Assembly: GCA_963817525.1 (NCBI GenBank)
Contig: CAWFOU010000007.1
Location: 512,001 to 576,000 of the forward strand
Direction of reading: 5' to 3'
DNA from: an uncultured archaeon
GTDB lineage: Archaea; Thermoproteota; Nitrososphaeria; Nitrososphaerales; Gagatemarchaeaceae
Length of the DNA stretch: 64,000 nucleotides
The notes under the pieces were generated by a model. The model worked only from the letters and a program-made list of their open reading frames with translations, did no database searches and was not told where the DNA came from. Each line of letters begins with the position of its first letter. Position 1 is the stretch's first letter. The position numbers were made by a program, and so were the translations under genes. This document shows, one piece after another, positions 10,422 through 20,545 of the stretch.

Positions 10422-10970
10422 ATGGACTCACCGCTCGCAGGGAAGCGAATCGCTGTGCTGGCGGAGAACATGTACGAGGATTTGGAGCTTTGGTACCCGG
10501 TAATTCGCCTTAGGGAGGCCGGCGCGGAGGTCTCCGTCGTGGCGCCGACGGCGGGCGCGACCTACAAGAGCAAGCACGGGCTAGAGGTAAAGGCCGACCT
10601 GGCTGCCGAGGCAACAAAGGCGAAGCAATTCGACGCGGTGGTGATCCCTGGGGGGTTCGCCCCGGACTACATGAGGCGATCAGAGGCTATGGTCAAGTTC
10701 GTGAAGGACGCGAATGACGAGGGTAAGGTCGTCGCGGCGATTTGCCATGCGGGGTCGATGCTTGTCTCGGCGAAGGTGCTGAAAGGGAAGACCGTCACCT
10801 GCTACAAGTCGATAAAGGACGACGTTGTCAACGCGGGAGGGAACTACGTGGACAAGGCCGTCGTGAGGGACGGCCAGCTCATCACCTCGAGGGTCCCTGA
10901 CGACCTCCCCGCGTTCTGCGCTGAGATAATAGCGACTCTTTCGACGAAACCCCAGACTCGCTCTCGATGA
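10422..10970 (+). CDS. pfpI: PfpI/DJ-1 family protease/deglycase
   Basis: YEDLELWYP, IPGG, AAICHA, ITSRVPDDLP. Confidence 0.9.
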   Translation: MDSPLAGKRIAVLAENMYEDLELWYPVIRLREAGAEVSVVAPTAGATYKSKHGLEVKADLAAEATKAKQFDAVVIPGGFAPDYMRRSEAMVKFVKDANDEGKVVAAICHAGSMLVSAKVLKGKTVTCYKSIKDDVVNAGGNYVDKAVVRDGQLITSRVPDDLPAFCAEIIATLSTKPQTRSR

Positions 10971-10985
10971 TCCGAAGAGTCCGGC

Positions 10986-11387
10986 TCACGTCCGACGAGT
11001 CGGCTTGGCTGAAAGGTACTTTCCGATGATCTTCTCCGCCGAGGGCGTCAAACTCGGGCCCGAGCCGTCGTAATACGCGACGCCCTTGACCTCCTGCCCC
11101 GGTTTCGGGGCTCCCGTCGCCGTCACGAGAAACACCTCGTGGGCGTTCCTGAAGGTCCCTCCTTTGGGGCCCGTGTGAACCCCTCCAGCGAACTCGAAGA
11201 GGCGGATCAGCTTGACGGCCTTCATGCCCGTCTCCTCCATGAGCTCTCGAATCGCGGCGCCGCGCCTGCTCTCGTTCAACTTCGCGCCTCCCCCGGGAAG
11301 GGTGAAGACGTTGCCGTCCAGGCTAACGACGAGGATGCCTTTCGAGGTGTCGACGATGGCCGTGCCTCTCCTTCTCCTATAGACCAC
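10986..11387 (-). CDS. NUDIX hydrolase
   Basis: PGGG...ES....AIRELMEETG Nudix box. Confidence 0.85.
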   Translation of the reverse strand: MVYRRRRGTAIVDTSKGILVVSLDGNVFTLPGGGAKLNESRRGAAIRELMEETGMKAVKLIRLFEFAGGVHTGPKGGTFRNAHEVFLVTATGAPKPGQEVKGVAYYDGSGPSLTPSAEKIIGKYLSAKPTRRT

Positions 11388-11481
11388 TGGTTGCCCACTC
11401 GATGCTCACCGAATATAAATTGAGAGTAGCTTGCTGTGGTGCCGTTAGCGTCCGTAAATGGTCAGAAGGCGCTGAGCAGCG

Positions 11482-11955
11482 TCACACGGCGGCGGCTCTG
11501 GACGCAATGATTGCCATAGTCTTGGCCAGGCGCGCCTTCCTTCCCTCGAGGCTATCCGTGTGCGCCTTTAGGGCCGCGACCTTCGCCTCCATGACAAGAA
11601 GCTCCCCTTCCTTCCTCGACCTCTCGATCTCGGCGCTCAGGCTCTGCGACCTCCTCGCCATCGTGTCGAACAGCCCCTGCATCTCGGAGTTGATGCGCTG
11701 GGCTTCCTCGAGGTCTGCCAGGAGGGCTGAGAGCTTATTGTCGCCGACCAGCATGTAGTTGCGCCTTCCCCTCACGGCGGGAATGTCCGCCCCGCATCGC
11801 TTGCAGCTCATCAGGTCGACTATCACTGGCGACGAGGCAGTGCCCAAGATAGGCTCGCTCGCCGTCTTGAATGAGCTACCCTCGGCGAAGCTGTCCCCGT
11901 TGCAGTTGGGGCACAGCAAGGCGGCTGGGCGCCTCGGTGGCGCCGTCTGGGGCAA
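11482..11955 (-). CDS. Zinc-finger plus coiled-coil hypothetical protein
   Basis: CPNC...CKRC followed by heptad-rich helix. Confidence 0.6.
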   Translation of the reverse strand: MPQTAPPRRPAALLCPNCNGDSFAEGSSFKTASEPILGTASSPVIVDLMSCKRCGADIPAVRGRRNYMLVGDNKLSALLADLEEAQRINSEMQGLFDTMARRSQSLSAEIERSRKEGELLVMEAKVAALKAHTDSLEGRKARLAKTMAIIASRAAAV

Positions 11956-11981
11956 GCGAATGACCGCGTCCCTGTGGCGTC

Positions 11982-12281
11982 CTAGTTGGACGGGACGGGG
12001 GAAGCGGCTTCGTCGTGCTCGAGCGCGGGCTTGCCTTCCGCCAGCGTCCGGAGCATGTCCCTGACCAGACTGAGGGAGTTGTTGTTCGACTCTAGGAGTG
12101 CCGCGTACCTCGACAACTCCAGGATTGGGATCTGCTCTACGAGCTCGGAAATCTCGTTCTCTAACGACGACTTCTTCTGCTCCAGGTCTCCCAGCCGTGC
12201 CTCAATCTCCTCTCTCCTTCCTTGCGTCTCGCTCATGGTTTCCATGAGCCTTCCCGCGCCGTGCGAGTATGTTTGGCACAC
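11982..12281 (-). CDS. Small coiled-coil hypothetical protein (start uncertain)
   Basis: Heptad pattern; co-oriented with 11482..11955. Confidence 0.55.
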   Translation of the reverse strand: MCQTYSHGAGRLMETMSETQGRREEIEARLGDLEQKKSSLENEISELVEQIPILELSRYAALLESNNNSLSLVRDMLRTLAEGKPALEHDEAASPVPSN

Positions 12282-12373
12282 CGCCCAAATCAGTTGAGCC
12301 GCTGGTGAACTTTGGTGGACGAGCCTACGATTGGTCGTAAACTCTTAACTAAGACAGGGCTGTAAAATCGCAC

Positions 12374-12688
12374 ATGAGTGGTGAGGAGTTCAAGTCCAAG
12401 GCCAAGCAGACCGCCAAGAGCGCAGGCGAGCTTCTCGACGCGGTGGAGAAGGCCGCGCGCGCCCGGCTCTCGAAGGAGGCTCCGAAGGTCGTGAACGCCC
12501 TCGACAGCTCGTTCGACAAGGCTTCGAAGACCCTGGCGGACACGCTGAAGACGATCGACAAGAGCACCGCGAAGGAGCAGGCCGAGCTTCTGAAGGCCTA
12601 CAAGTCCTTCCTGGACAAGCAGGCCGAGATCATCGAGAAGCGGATGGCCTCGATGAGGGACAAGGAACCAAAGTCCGAGAGCGGCTAG
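12374..12688 (+). CDS. Lys/Ala-rich amphipathic helical protein
   Basis: 104-aa ORF with host-like codon usage. Confidence 0.65.
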   Translation: MSGEEFKSKAKQTAKSAGELLDAVEKAARARLSKEAPKVVNALDSSFDKASKTLADTLKTIDKSTAKEQAELLKAYKSFLDKQAEIIEKRMASMRDKEPKSESG

Positions 12689-12709
12689 GGCCGCCTCGAC
12701 GAGCTTTGA

Positions 12710-14200
12710 CTAGGCGGTGGTAGCAGAGTCGCCGGACGCGGCGACCGTTATCTCGGGCGCCCCCTGTTGCGCAGCGTTCTCGATTGCGTCCTTTGCCACG
12801 GAGGATACCGCCTGCGCTGGAGCCTCGACCGCGACGGCCTCGCCGATTGCCGCGTCAGCGCCGCGCGCCTCCTGTGTCTGCGAGCTGATCTCTGCTAGCT
12901 GGGAAGCGACCTCACGGATTTCTGGGACAGCAGTCTCTGTTGCGACTGGCGCGGAAATCGACTCGGCGATCGGCGCGTCCGCCTGGACGATGGGCTCCGT
13001 TGCCTCTGGAATCGACTGCTCGCTGACGGCCGTCGCCACCACCTCGATTGGAATCTCGGCTGCGGGTGCCACCGTTATGATTTCTGGCTCTGGGGTTGCG
13101 ATTGTCTCCGCGACTTGCGCCGGGGTCTCTGGCGCTGCGATTTCGATGCCCTCCGCCGTCGCGACTACGACCTCTGCGATGGGCTCCGGCGCGGAGATCT
13201 CGCTGGGCGCTGTCACCTCGGCAGCGACTTCGATGACGGGCTCTGGTGCACCGATTACCGCTTCGGGCTGTACCTCCACAGTTGCCGGCACCACGGGCTC
13301 GGGCGCAGCGACCTCGATGGCCTCGACCTCGACGGTCTGGACTTCGACCGCTGGAGCGGCTGGCTCTGCCACCGTTGCCTCAGCCTGCGCCTCTGTCCTG
13401 GCCTCCTCCGGCTGGACGGCGCCTCCCGTCACCGCCTCGGCGAGGGAGACGACCCTTGAGACGAGCTCGTCGTAGACCGACTGGGGGACGTGCTCCGCCA
13501 GCCTGCTCTCGAGCTCCTTCACCCTCATCTCGCTGGAGACGAGCTGCTCTCTCGGCGCCATCGTGTACATGGCGCCCTCGAGCTCCTCGACCTTCTGCTT
13601 GATCGCGATGTAGTCAGACGCCGGGACCATCTCGGCCAGCTGCCTTGTGGCCTCGTCGAACCTCTCCTTTAGGGAGTTGTAGTCGGAAGCCGGGATCATC
13701 GTGCCAATCTGGCGCGAGACCTCGTTGAACCTCGCCTCTAGGGAGTTGTAGTCGAACCTCCTGACCATCCCGCGCTTGTCCTCCTCGAGGTCCCTGATCT
13801 TGGAGAGGGCCTGGAGGTGCACGTTGGACGGGACCGTGCCCTGGGCGATCTTCGTCGCGATGGCGTCGAGGATCTTGCCCTGGGAGGTGAGCGCCTTGCC
13901 GCTCGTGGAGGCGTCGTCCTCTATCGAGTCGAGGATCTTGCCCTGGGAGTTTGCGGTCTTGCCGAGGGAGGCGATGAGGTCCTCCACCCCGGAGATCTGC
14001 TTGTTGATCGCTATCGTCTTCTGGTTCTCGAGCCTGGAGCGGTCCAGATCCCTCTCAAGGGAGTCTATCTGTTTCTCCAGCTTCGAGGTAATCTCGTGGT
14101 GCTCCTTCTTGGACACCGACTGCCTCAGCTGAACCTCAAGAGTCTTGCACCTCAGCGCAAGCTTCTTCGCGTCGTCGACCTGGGTCTCTACCTTGCTCAT
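12710..14200 (-). CDS. Coiled-coil protein with six 23-aa repeats and acidic Ala/Glu/Pro/Val tail
   Basis: M[VI]PxxDYxxL repeats at exact 23-aa period; low-complexity C-terminus. Confidence 0.75.
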   Translation of the reverse strand: MSKVETQVDDAKKLALRCKTLEVQLRQSVSKKEHHEITSKLEKQIDSLERDLDRSRLENQKTIAINKQISGVEDLIASLGKTANSQGKILDSIEDDASTSGKALTSQGKILDAIATKIAQGTVPSNVHLQALSKIRDLEEDKRGMVRRFDYNSLEARFNEVSRQIGTMIPASDYNSLKERFDEATRQLAEMVPASDYIAIKQKVEELEGAMYTMAPREQLVSSEMRVKELESRLAEHVPQSVYDELVSRVVSLAEAVTGGAVQPEEARTEAQAEATVAEPAAPAVEVQTVEVEAIEVAAPEPVVPATVEVQPEAVIGAPEPVIEVAAEVTAPSEISAPEPIAEVVVATAEGIEIAAPETPAQVAETIATPEPEIITVAPAAEIPIEVVATAVSEQSIPEATEPIVQADAPIAESISAPVATETAVPEIREVASQLAEISSQTQEARGADAAIGEAVAVEAPAQAVSSVAKDAIENAAQQGAPEITVAASGDSATTA

Positions 14201-14359
14201 GTCAGTAATCGAGATGAAATCGCGCGCTTCGCTGATATCGCGCTAAGTCAATACGATTTTACCTAGACATGAACTCTTGTGAGTGTTGCTGCCGGGGCGC
14301 GGGCGTTCCGCTTGCGCCTCTTGAAAGAGGCGTCGAAGGTGAAGGGGCGCCAGGTGTAA

Positions 14360-14403
14360 GCCTTCTCAGGCAGAGCGTGGGAGAACGTCCTCTGCCTAGA
14401 AGC
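14360..14403. terminator. Hairpin downstream of the minus-strand double-RAM gene
   Basis: AGGCAGAG...CTCTGCCT inverted repeat, extended by CTTCT/AGAAG. Confidence 0.35.
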
Positions 14404-14443
14404 GGTAGTCTCATCGGTGTAAAGGCTTGAGAAAAAGTCCGGC

Positions 14444-14965
14444 CTAGGCCCAGGTGGGCTTGTAGGCTAGCAGCGTCTCGCTCGTCTTCACGCCTTGCAC
14501 GTCGGCGATCTTATTCACTGCGGAGAGGATCTCGTCGGTGTCCCTTCCGTAAACAGTGCATAGGACGTCGAATTCGCCCTGTACGACGAACGCGTTTCTG
14601 ACCTGCTCGATCTGCTGGATCGACTGTAGGACCTTCTGTGCCTGCTCGTTGACTTGCAACAGGACTAGCGCAAGAGAGTCGGCTGCCTGGACTGTCTTGG
14701 TGGTTGCAGAGCCGTCGACCGGGTTATAGGTTCTTGTCGCTGTGACCCCGCTCAAGGATCGGATCTGGGTTATGGTCTCGTACACGCGCCTCGAGTCCAT
14801 CGCCTTTAGCTCGACTGCGATGTCGAACCTTCCGATGGTCGGCGAGAAGTAGTTGATCCCCTGCATGCTGCTCAGGTGCTCGGTAACTTGGCCGAGCATC
14901 TTTGGGGTGATTGAGACGAAGATGGTTGTTGGATAGGTGGTCTGTGCGGTCATTGTAGTGGACAT
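14444..14965 (-). CDS. Double RAM-domain (Lrp/AsnC ligand-binding) protein without HTH
   Basis: Two G[RE]FD motifs with SLSGVTATRT and VQGVKTSET. Confidence 0.75.
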   Translation of the reverse strand: MSTTMTAQTTYPTTIFVSITPKMLGQVTEHLSSMQGINYFSPTIGRFDIAVELKAMDSRRVYETITQIRSLSGVTATRTYNPVDGSATTKTVQAADSLALVLLQVNEQAQKVLQSIQQIEQVRNAFVVQGEFDVLCTVYGRDTDEILSAVNKIADVQGVKTSETLLAYKPTWA

Positions 14966-15151
14966 ATCTATTTCAGAATCGCATTAGATATATCGACTAT
15001 ATAAAGGTATATAAGGAGAAAGTCGACTCTGGCCAACGGTCCGGGGATGTGAAGGGCTGTCCAACGGCGGGTGATGCCTTTATCCTTCGTCGATCGGGAA
15101 GTAAAGGTGGATGGAACTGCTTAAGAAATCCCTTGAGCAAAAGAAGTCGGA

Positions 15152-15400
15152 TTGAGACGCAAGGTAACTGTGATAGTCATAGTTATTTTGGCGCTTTTGT
15201 TCATGTATTTTCCTTTTGTAAGCATGTCCACTTATCTTGGACCCTGCCCGACCCATACATGCCGTCCGTCAGATTTCGAAGTGTCTCCCAGTTGCTACTT
15301 GCTGGCGATGGGCCCTAGCTGGTTGGTTGCCAACACGGCGTTTGGGGCATACTACTCGAATGGAGAGGCGGGCATCGGCTGCTCGCCCCTCATTGATTAG
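15152..15400 (+). CDS. Small Cys-containing exported protein
   Basis: Basic then hydrophobic N-terminus; AT-richer context. Confidence 0.45.
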   Translation: MRRKVTVIVIVILALLFMYFPFVSMSTYLGPCPTHTCRPSDFEVSPSCYLLAMGPSWLVANTAFGAYYSNGEAGIGCSPLID

Positions 15401-15583
15401 CTGTCTCACCCGTCATTGGACACACTTGGAAATCACCCGCTGATTGGAGAGAGCCCGCCTCCGGCGCCACCAGGGTTAAATAGGCGGCCGCAGAGTCTGT
15501 TTTTGCAGGCAGTTCGGTTCGACGATTCGGAGCTTCTAGGTTCTGATTCTCTGACGGGATAATCCTGTAGAAGCAAAACAAAA

Positions 15584-16813
15584 TTGAGTACATTTGAAGA
15601 AATGAAGCTCGACCCCTTGATAATGAAGGGAGTCGAAAAGATGGGTTTCACAAAGCCCACCCCCATCCAGGAGAAGACGATCGGGCCTCTGATGCGAGGC
15701 AAGGACGTGATAGGACAGGCCAAGACGGGCTCGGGGAAGACCCTTGCCTTTTCGGTGCCCATGTTGCACTCCATAGACCCGAGAAACCGGCAGGTCCAGG
15801 CGCTCGTCCTGGCGCCCACGCGGGAGCTCGCGGTCCAGATAACCCACGAGGTGAGGAAGCTCGGCGCCCACACCGGCGTCAGAGCGGTGACGATCTACGG
15901 CGGCCAGTCGATAGGCATGCAGCGGGATGAGCTTAGGCGCGGGGCGCAGGTGGTCGTCGGCACCACTGGCAGGGTCATCGACCACATCAAGCGCGGGTGG
16001 CTCGACCTTCGCTCGGTCAGGTTCGTCGTCCTGGACGAGGCGGACACCATGCTCGACATGGGCTTCATCGAGGACGTCGACTACATCCTGGGCTGCATCC
16101 AGGGGAAGAGGCAGTTGTGCATCTTCTCCGCCACCATGCCCCAGAGGATTGCGGAGCTCTCGAGGAAGTACATGGTCGACCCCGAGAAGATCCTCGTGGA
16201 CTCGGACGAGCCCTCTGTCGAGACCCTCGACCAGTACTACGCCGTGGTCAGGCACGACGAGAAGCTCGAGTTCCTCACGGACCTCCTCCAGAAGGAGCGC
16301 CCGGTCAGCACGATAATCTTCCGAAGGACCAAGCACGGCGCTGACAAGCTCGCCACGGAGCTCCACAGGAAGGGGTACGAGGTCGTGCCCCTCCACGGGA
16401 ACCTCTCGCAGAACCAGAGGGACCACTACATGGACGCCTTTAGGAACGGGCGCGCAGACGTCCTAGTCGCGACGGACATCGCCAGCAGGGGCATCGACGT
16501 GTCCCAGGTGGCGTGCGTGGTGAACTACGACGTCCCCGTAGACCCGCTGGTCTATTTCCACCGGGTGGGCAGGACCGCGAGGGCAGGGAGAGCGGGGAAA
16601 GCCTACACTTTCGTCTCGAAGGAGGAGTCCGGCGACTTTGGGCGCATCCTCAGGCTGACAAAGGCCCCGATACTACCCATAAGGCCGGAGGACAAGCTGC
16701 ACACGTTCGTCCCAGGCACGTCAGTCCACAGTAGTGGAGGCGGGGGGTACGGCGGTCGAGGCCACCGCGGCCAAGGGAGCCGGAACCAGCACGGCTACCG
16801 GCGCTACCGCTGA
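15584..16813 (+). CDS. DEAD-box RNA helicase
   Basis: Q motif, AKTGSGKT, PTRELA, DEAD, SAT, HRVGRTARAG, Gly/Arg tail. Confidence 0.95.
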   Translation: MSTFEEMKLDPLIMKGVEKMGFTKPTPIQEKTIGPLMRGKDVIGQAKTGSGKTLAFSVPMLHSIDPRNRQVQALVLAPTRELAVQITHEVRKLGAHTGVRAVTIYGGQSIGMQRDELRRGAQVVVGTTGRVIDHIKRGWLDLRSVRFVVLDEADTMLDMGFIEDVDYILGCIQGKRQLCIFSATMPQRIAELSRKYMVDPEKILVDSDEPSVETLDQYYAVVRHDEKLEFLTDLLQKERPVSTIIFRRTKHGADKLATELHRKGYEVVPLHGNLSQNQRDHYMDAFRNGRADVLVATDIASRGIDVSQVACVVNYDVPVDPLVYFHRVGRTARAGRAGKAYTFVSKEESGDFGRILRLTKAPILPIRPEDKLHTFVPGTSVHSSGGGGYGGRGHRGQGSRNQHGYRRYR

Positions 16814-16907
16814 GCTAGAATTCGGGGTCCTTGGGACTCTGAATATAGAATAGTGGTCTGGACCAGAAAACCGTGGGCGTTTTTATAACAACGATAGAGT
16901 CTTTTTC

Positions 16908-17534
16908 GTGAATTTGTCCGCCGTGGGCTCGGACCCGTTGGAGTCTCGGATGCTCGATTCGATAAAGGCGACCCTCACCAGGGTGCTGGGCACGGAGAGC
17001 GCCCGGGCGGTGGAGTTCTACGTTGACAATCACCTGGCCCTGCAAGACCCGGCGGCCTTCGAGCAGGCCCTCGCCGACTTTTTGGGGTCGCAGGCGGGGG
17101 GCCTCCTCATCGAGGCGATAAAGGCCGACCTGCGGAAGGAGGGCGTAAAGTCCAAGGTGCCCGAGCCTGTCTCCAAGTTCCTGTCCCACGAGGTCACCAT
17201 CGCCAACCGGCCGCCCGTGGCCCCTGTAGACAGGCGGCCGTCCAAGCTTCCCCCAGCCGGCGCTCACTTTGAGCGCTTCGTCGAGGCGACCACGCTAGCG
17301 ATGGAGGCGGGGATCACCTTCAAGGACCTTGTCATGGAGGGCCTGGTGTCGAGGCAGGGCGAGACCTGCGGGTACGCCACAATCGCGTGCCTTGGCAGGA
17401 AGGCCCTGGAGGACCCCGCCGCCTTCGCCCAGAGGGTCGCGACGGTCTTTGGTCTGCAAGCCATGACGATGCTGAACAGCCTGACCTCCTACTGCGAAAC
17501 GAGGGCCAAGGCGCGTCAACTTACCGCGTCCTGA
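16908..17534 (+). CDS. Hypothetical protein with two similar small helical domains
   Basis: LQDPAAFEQAL..FLG and LEDPAAFAQRV..VFG internal duplication. Confidence 0.6.
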   Translation: MNLSAVGSDPLESRMLDSIKATLTRVLGTESARAVEFYVDNHLALQDPAAFEQALADFLGSQAGGLLIEAIKADLRKEGVKSKVPEPVSKFLSHEVTIANRPPVAPVDRRPSKLPPAGAHFERFVEATTLAMEAGITFKDLVMEGLVSRQGETCGYATIACLGRKALEDPAAFAQRVATVFGLQAMTMLNSLTSYCETRAKARQLTAS

Positions 17535-17621
17535 ATGGACAGGGCGCCGAGGACGCGAGCTTCCGCGTACTGAAAGGTTCAGGTGCCAATCCTTATACTC
17601 CGAGTTCGACCAAAACGAGTC

Positions 17622-18983
17622 GTGCCGGTGACGATCACCTGCTACGGCGGGGTGGGCGAGATCGGGGGTAACAAGATCCTCATCTCGGACAGGGACACGA
17701 GGGTCTTCCTCGACTTTGGTGCCGGGTTCTCGGAGGGGACCGATTTCTTCTCGGGAGGGATCGAGCCGAGGGGGGTGAACGGCGCGGGGGACTATTTCGA
17801 GTTCGGGCTCCTGCCGGAGATAAAGGGGTTGTACTCAGAGCAGGCGCTCCAGAACACGGACCTGAAGCACACCAAGACCCCCGAGATCGACGCGATCATC
17901 CTCAGCCACTACCACTATGACCACTTTGGGAGGATAAGGTTCACGGACCCGAAGATCCCGATATACTGTGGCGAGACCACCGCCCTGATACACCAGGCGT
18001 ATAGCGAGTCGAGCGGCTCACCGCTGGACGGCCACAAGATCGAGACCTTCAGGACGGGCGACAGGTTCAAGGTAGGGAGCCTGGAGGTGCAGCCTATCCA
18101 CGTGGACCACTCCATCCCTGGGGCATACGGGTTCGTGATCCACACCTCGGAGGGCGCGCTGGCCTACACGGGGGACTTTAGATTCCACGGGCCTGCGGGG
18201 AGGATGACGGAGGATTTCATCGCGGGCGCGGCGAAGGAGAAGCCAGTGGCTCTTGTCAGCGAGGGGACGCGGGTGTCGGACTCCGGGCCGGGGAAGGAAT
18301 CCACCGAGGAGGACGTGTTCGTGGCCATGCAAGAGCTGCTGAAGGGGGCCGGGCACCTGGTCTTCTCGTCCTTCCGGGGAAACGACGTCGACAGGATAGT
18401 CTCGTTCGACAGGGCCTGCAAGACGGCCGGCAGGACTCTGGTCGTGCCCCCGAAGATAGCGATCCTGCTAGATAAGCTCAGGGACGACAAGAACCTGAAG
18501 GTGCCCAGGGTCGGCAAGGACGTCAGCGTCTACCTCAGGCGAAAGAAGGGAGGGACCTACGACGACAAGGACTACTTCCCGTGGGAGAGGGACTTCCTCG
18601 ACCGCGGGGTCACGGCCGAGCAGGTGAGGAAGAAGGAGAAGGAGTGGCTCCTCCACCTCGACCAGTGGTACCTGCCCGAGCTGATCGACATAAAGCCGAC
18701 CAAGGGCGGCTCTTACGTCCACGCGACTACGGAGGCGTACAACGAGGAGGGGGAGGAGGAAGAGCAGGTAATCAAGAACTGGGTGGATTATTTCGGCTTT
18801 AGCTACCACCAGATACATGCGTCGGGGCACGCGCCCATGGACAAGGTCAGCCACCTAGTCAATGGAGTGCATGCCAAGAACGTCATCCCTGTCCACACAG
18901 AAAGGCCAGAGCTCTTCAAGTCCTTTGCCAAGGGAAGCCAGGTGCTGATTCCCGCCCTCGCTCAAGGTCTTGAGTTGAAGTGA
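17622..18983 (+). CDS. Metallo-beta-lactamase/beta-CASP hydrolase (RNase J-like)
   Basis: GGVGEIGGN, SHYHYDH, VDHS, YTGD, HASGH, PVH. Confidence 0.88.
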   Translation: MPVTITCYGGVGEIGGNKILISDRDTRVFLDFGAGFSEGTDFFSGGIEPRGVNGAGDYFEFGLLPEIKGLYSEQALQNTDLKHTKTPEIDAIILSHYHYDHFGRIRFTDPKIPIYCGETTALIHQAYSESSGSPLDGHKIETFRTGDRFKVGSLEVQPIHVDHSIPGAYGFVIHTSEGALAYTGDFRFHGPAGRMTEDFIAGAAKEKPVALVSEGTRVSDSGPGKESTEEDVFVAMQELLKGAGHLVFSSFRGNDVDRIVSFDRACKTAGRTLVVPPKIAILLDKLRDDKNLKVPRVGKDVSVYLRRKKGGTYDDKDYFPWERDFLDRGVTAEQVRKKEKEWLLHLDQWYLPELIDIKPTKGGSYVHATTEAYNEEGEEEEQVIKNWVDYFGFSYHQIHASGHAPMDKVSHLVNGVHAKNVIPVHTERPELFKSFAKGSQVLIPALAQGLELK

Positions 18984-19212
18984 CCCACGGACAAGCGGTT
19001 CTGCGAGGCGAAGACCAAAGAGCGCCAGGTCACCGCGTCGTGACAGGACAGGACGCACGACCTATCGAGTCCAACTCCCACGGGCGGCCTGCTTCGCGAC
19101 TTTCGCGATATCAAGACTTGAGCGTGGTAGTAGCGGGCGAAGGCGACCCTAGCGAGAGACTTCGCGCTTCTGCCGTGGAGACATCGTTCAGAGTGCAGAA
19201 GTGATCTGTATG

Positions 19213-20445
19213 CTAAGACGGAGTGTGTTTTCCGCAGTAGTTCTTCTTCAGAAGGAGACCCTTCGTCACGATATGGTCAACACAGAAGCTCTTTCCACAG
19301 GTAACACAGACAGCGCTGTGGTCTTCGCACGCAAGGCCTCCACATTCCACGCACAATTGAGCGCCACCCTCGCTCTTATGTTGGCCGTCCACATTGCAGT
19401 AGATGAAGTCGTCGGAGACCATGTGGTTGGTCGCAACTTGTAATTTGCGCCCATAGGTTCTGTCCTTGTACCTGAAGGTCGCCGTCACCAAAGGTAGGTT
19501 TGCCTGCTTGACTGAGACTATCCGCACATGCGAGATGGACGGCCTCAATGTCATCGATCTGAATGTGCCGTTCTTCAGCGTGCGCGTAAACTCTTGACAG
19601 AGGTTCCTTGCGATTTCTATCCTTGCTATCTTCTCTGCTTCATACTGGCTGACTTTCACTGGAATGGCCTCGAGTTTGTTGAATTGCGTTCCCTCGGCGA
19701 TTGTCGACCTTGGAGTCTCAACAGCTTCGATTTCTCGGCAGTCGGCAAAATAACCTCTCATCGGCAAATTCGGTCGGACGCCTGATTCTACTTCCACGTC
19801 GACCACCTGTCCTTTCTGGCCTTCGATCACAAGCACGCCTTTGCTGGAGAAGTTCACCCTTTGGTAGAGGAAACTGCCTTCAGTGAAACAGTCATACTCC
19901 ACGAAGAAGCAAGGCATGTATTCCAAATTTAGTCCTGAAAGCTCAATCTGACTCGAAACCCCATTCCTGATTGTCTGTTTGAGGCCTGGTAAGATGGGGA
20001 GGGCATAGACAGTTTTCTCTCCGACCGGCCCTTTTGCGAGGTCCCTGCCAAGCACCTTCCTAAATTCCGCCTTGAAGGCCCCATCGAGGTCGTTAAGATT
20101 CCAAGGGTATAATGAAATGAGTTTGATTCCATTCTTGCGGTATTGCTCTGTCTTCCATTCCTTATCCTGACGGTACTTGTTCCTGTCCTGCCAATCGCCC
20201 ACGTCGATTAGACCCCAATACTCGACGTGAACTCCGTAGTCGGGGAGATGGAAGTCTGGCCTGCTGATTTCAGTTCTGAATGCTGATTGGGTAGTCTTCG
20301 CTCGGTCTTCGTAGACGTATCTTATGTTATTTTCATTGAAATAGTCAGCTATCTGCTTCTCCGCTCGACTCTTCACAATCTCGCCTCGCACTGTTTTGCT
20401 TTGCTCTCCGTACTGCCTGCCAGGATATGAGCGAGGGGTACTCAA
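19213..20445 (-). CDS. Endonuclease-like N-terminal domain plus C-terminal zinc fingers
   Basis: VKSRAEKQIAD...PDFHLPDYGVHVEYWG; CVEC/CEDH/CVTC/CVDH; AT-richer. Confidence 0.7.
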   Translation of the reverse strand: MSTPRSYPGRQYGEQSKTVRGEIVKSRAEKQIADYFNENNIRYVYEDRAKTTQSAFRTEISRPDFHLPDYGVHVEYWGLIDVGDWQDRNKYRQDKEWKTEQYRKNGIKLISLYPWNLNDLDGAFKAEFRKVLGRDLAKGPVGEKTVYALPILPGLKQTIRNGVSSQIELSGLNLEYMPCFFVEYDCFTEGSFLYQRVNFSSKGVLVIEGQKGQVVDVEVESGVRPNLPMRGYFADCREIEAVETPRSTIAEGTQFNKLEAIPVKVSQYEAEKIARIEIARNLCQEFTRTLKNGTFRSMTLRPSISHVRIVSVKQANLPLVTATFRYKDRTYGRKLQVATNHMVSDDFIYCNVDGQHKSEGGAQLCVECGGLACEDHSAVCVTCGKSFCVDHIVTKGLLLKKNYCGKHTPS

Positions 20446-20545
20446 TGAACGAAATCTGCAATTCTCGCATATTTATCCGATATTGACTTGGAATCCGGTC
20501 CGATTTCTGGACTTTCCAGGGAGCAAATTATTCCGTTGGCCTAAA

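Noticed and set aside
15454-15472. CCCGCCTCCGGCGCCACCA as a tRNA 3' end or att site
   Set aside because: No T-loop or 5' half and no partner repeat; too short to support
19118-19141. TTGAGCGTGGTAGTAGCGGGCGAA as another 23S-end copy (also weak matches near 43020 and 14291)
   Set aside because: Needs several gaps and lacks the core; not counted without a profile-HMM score
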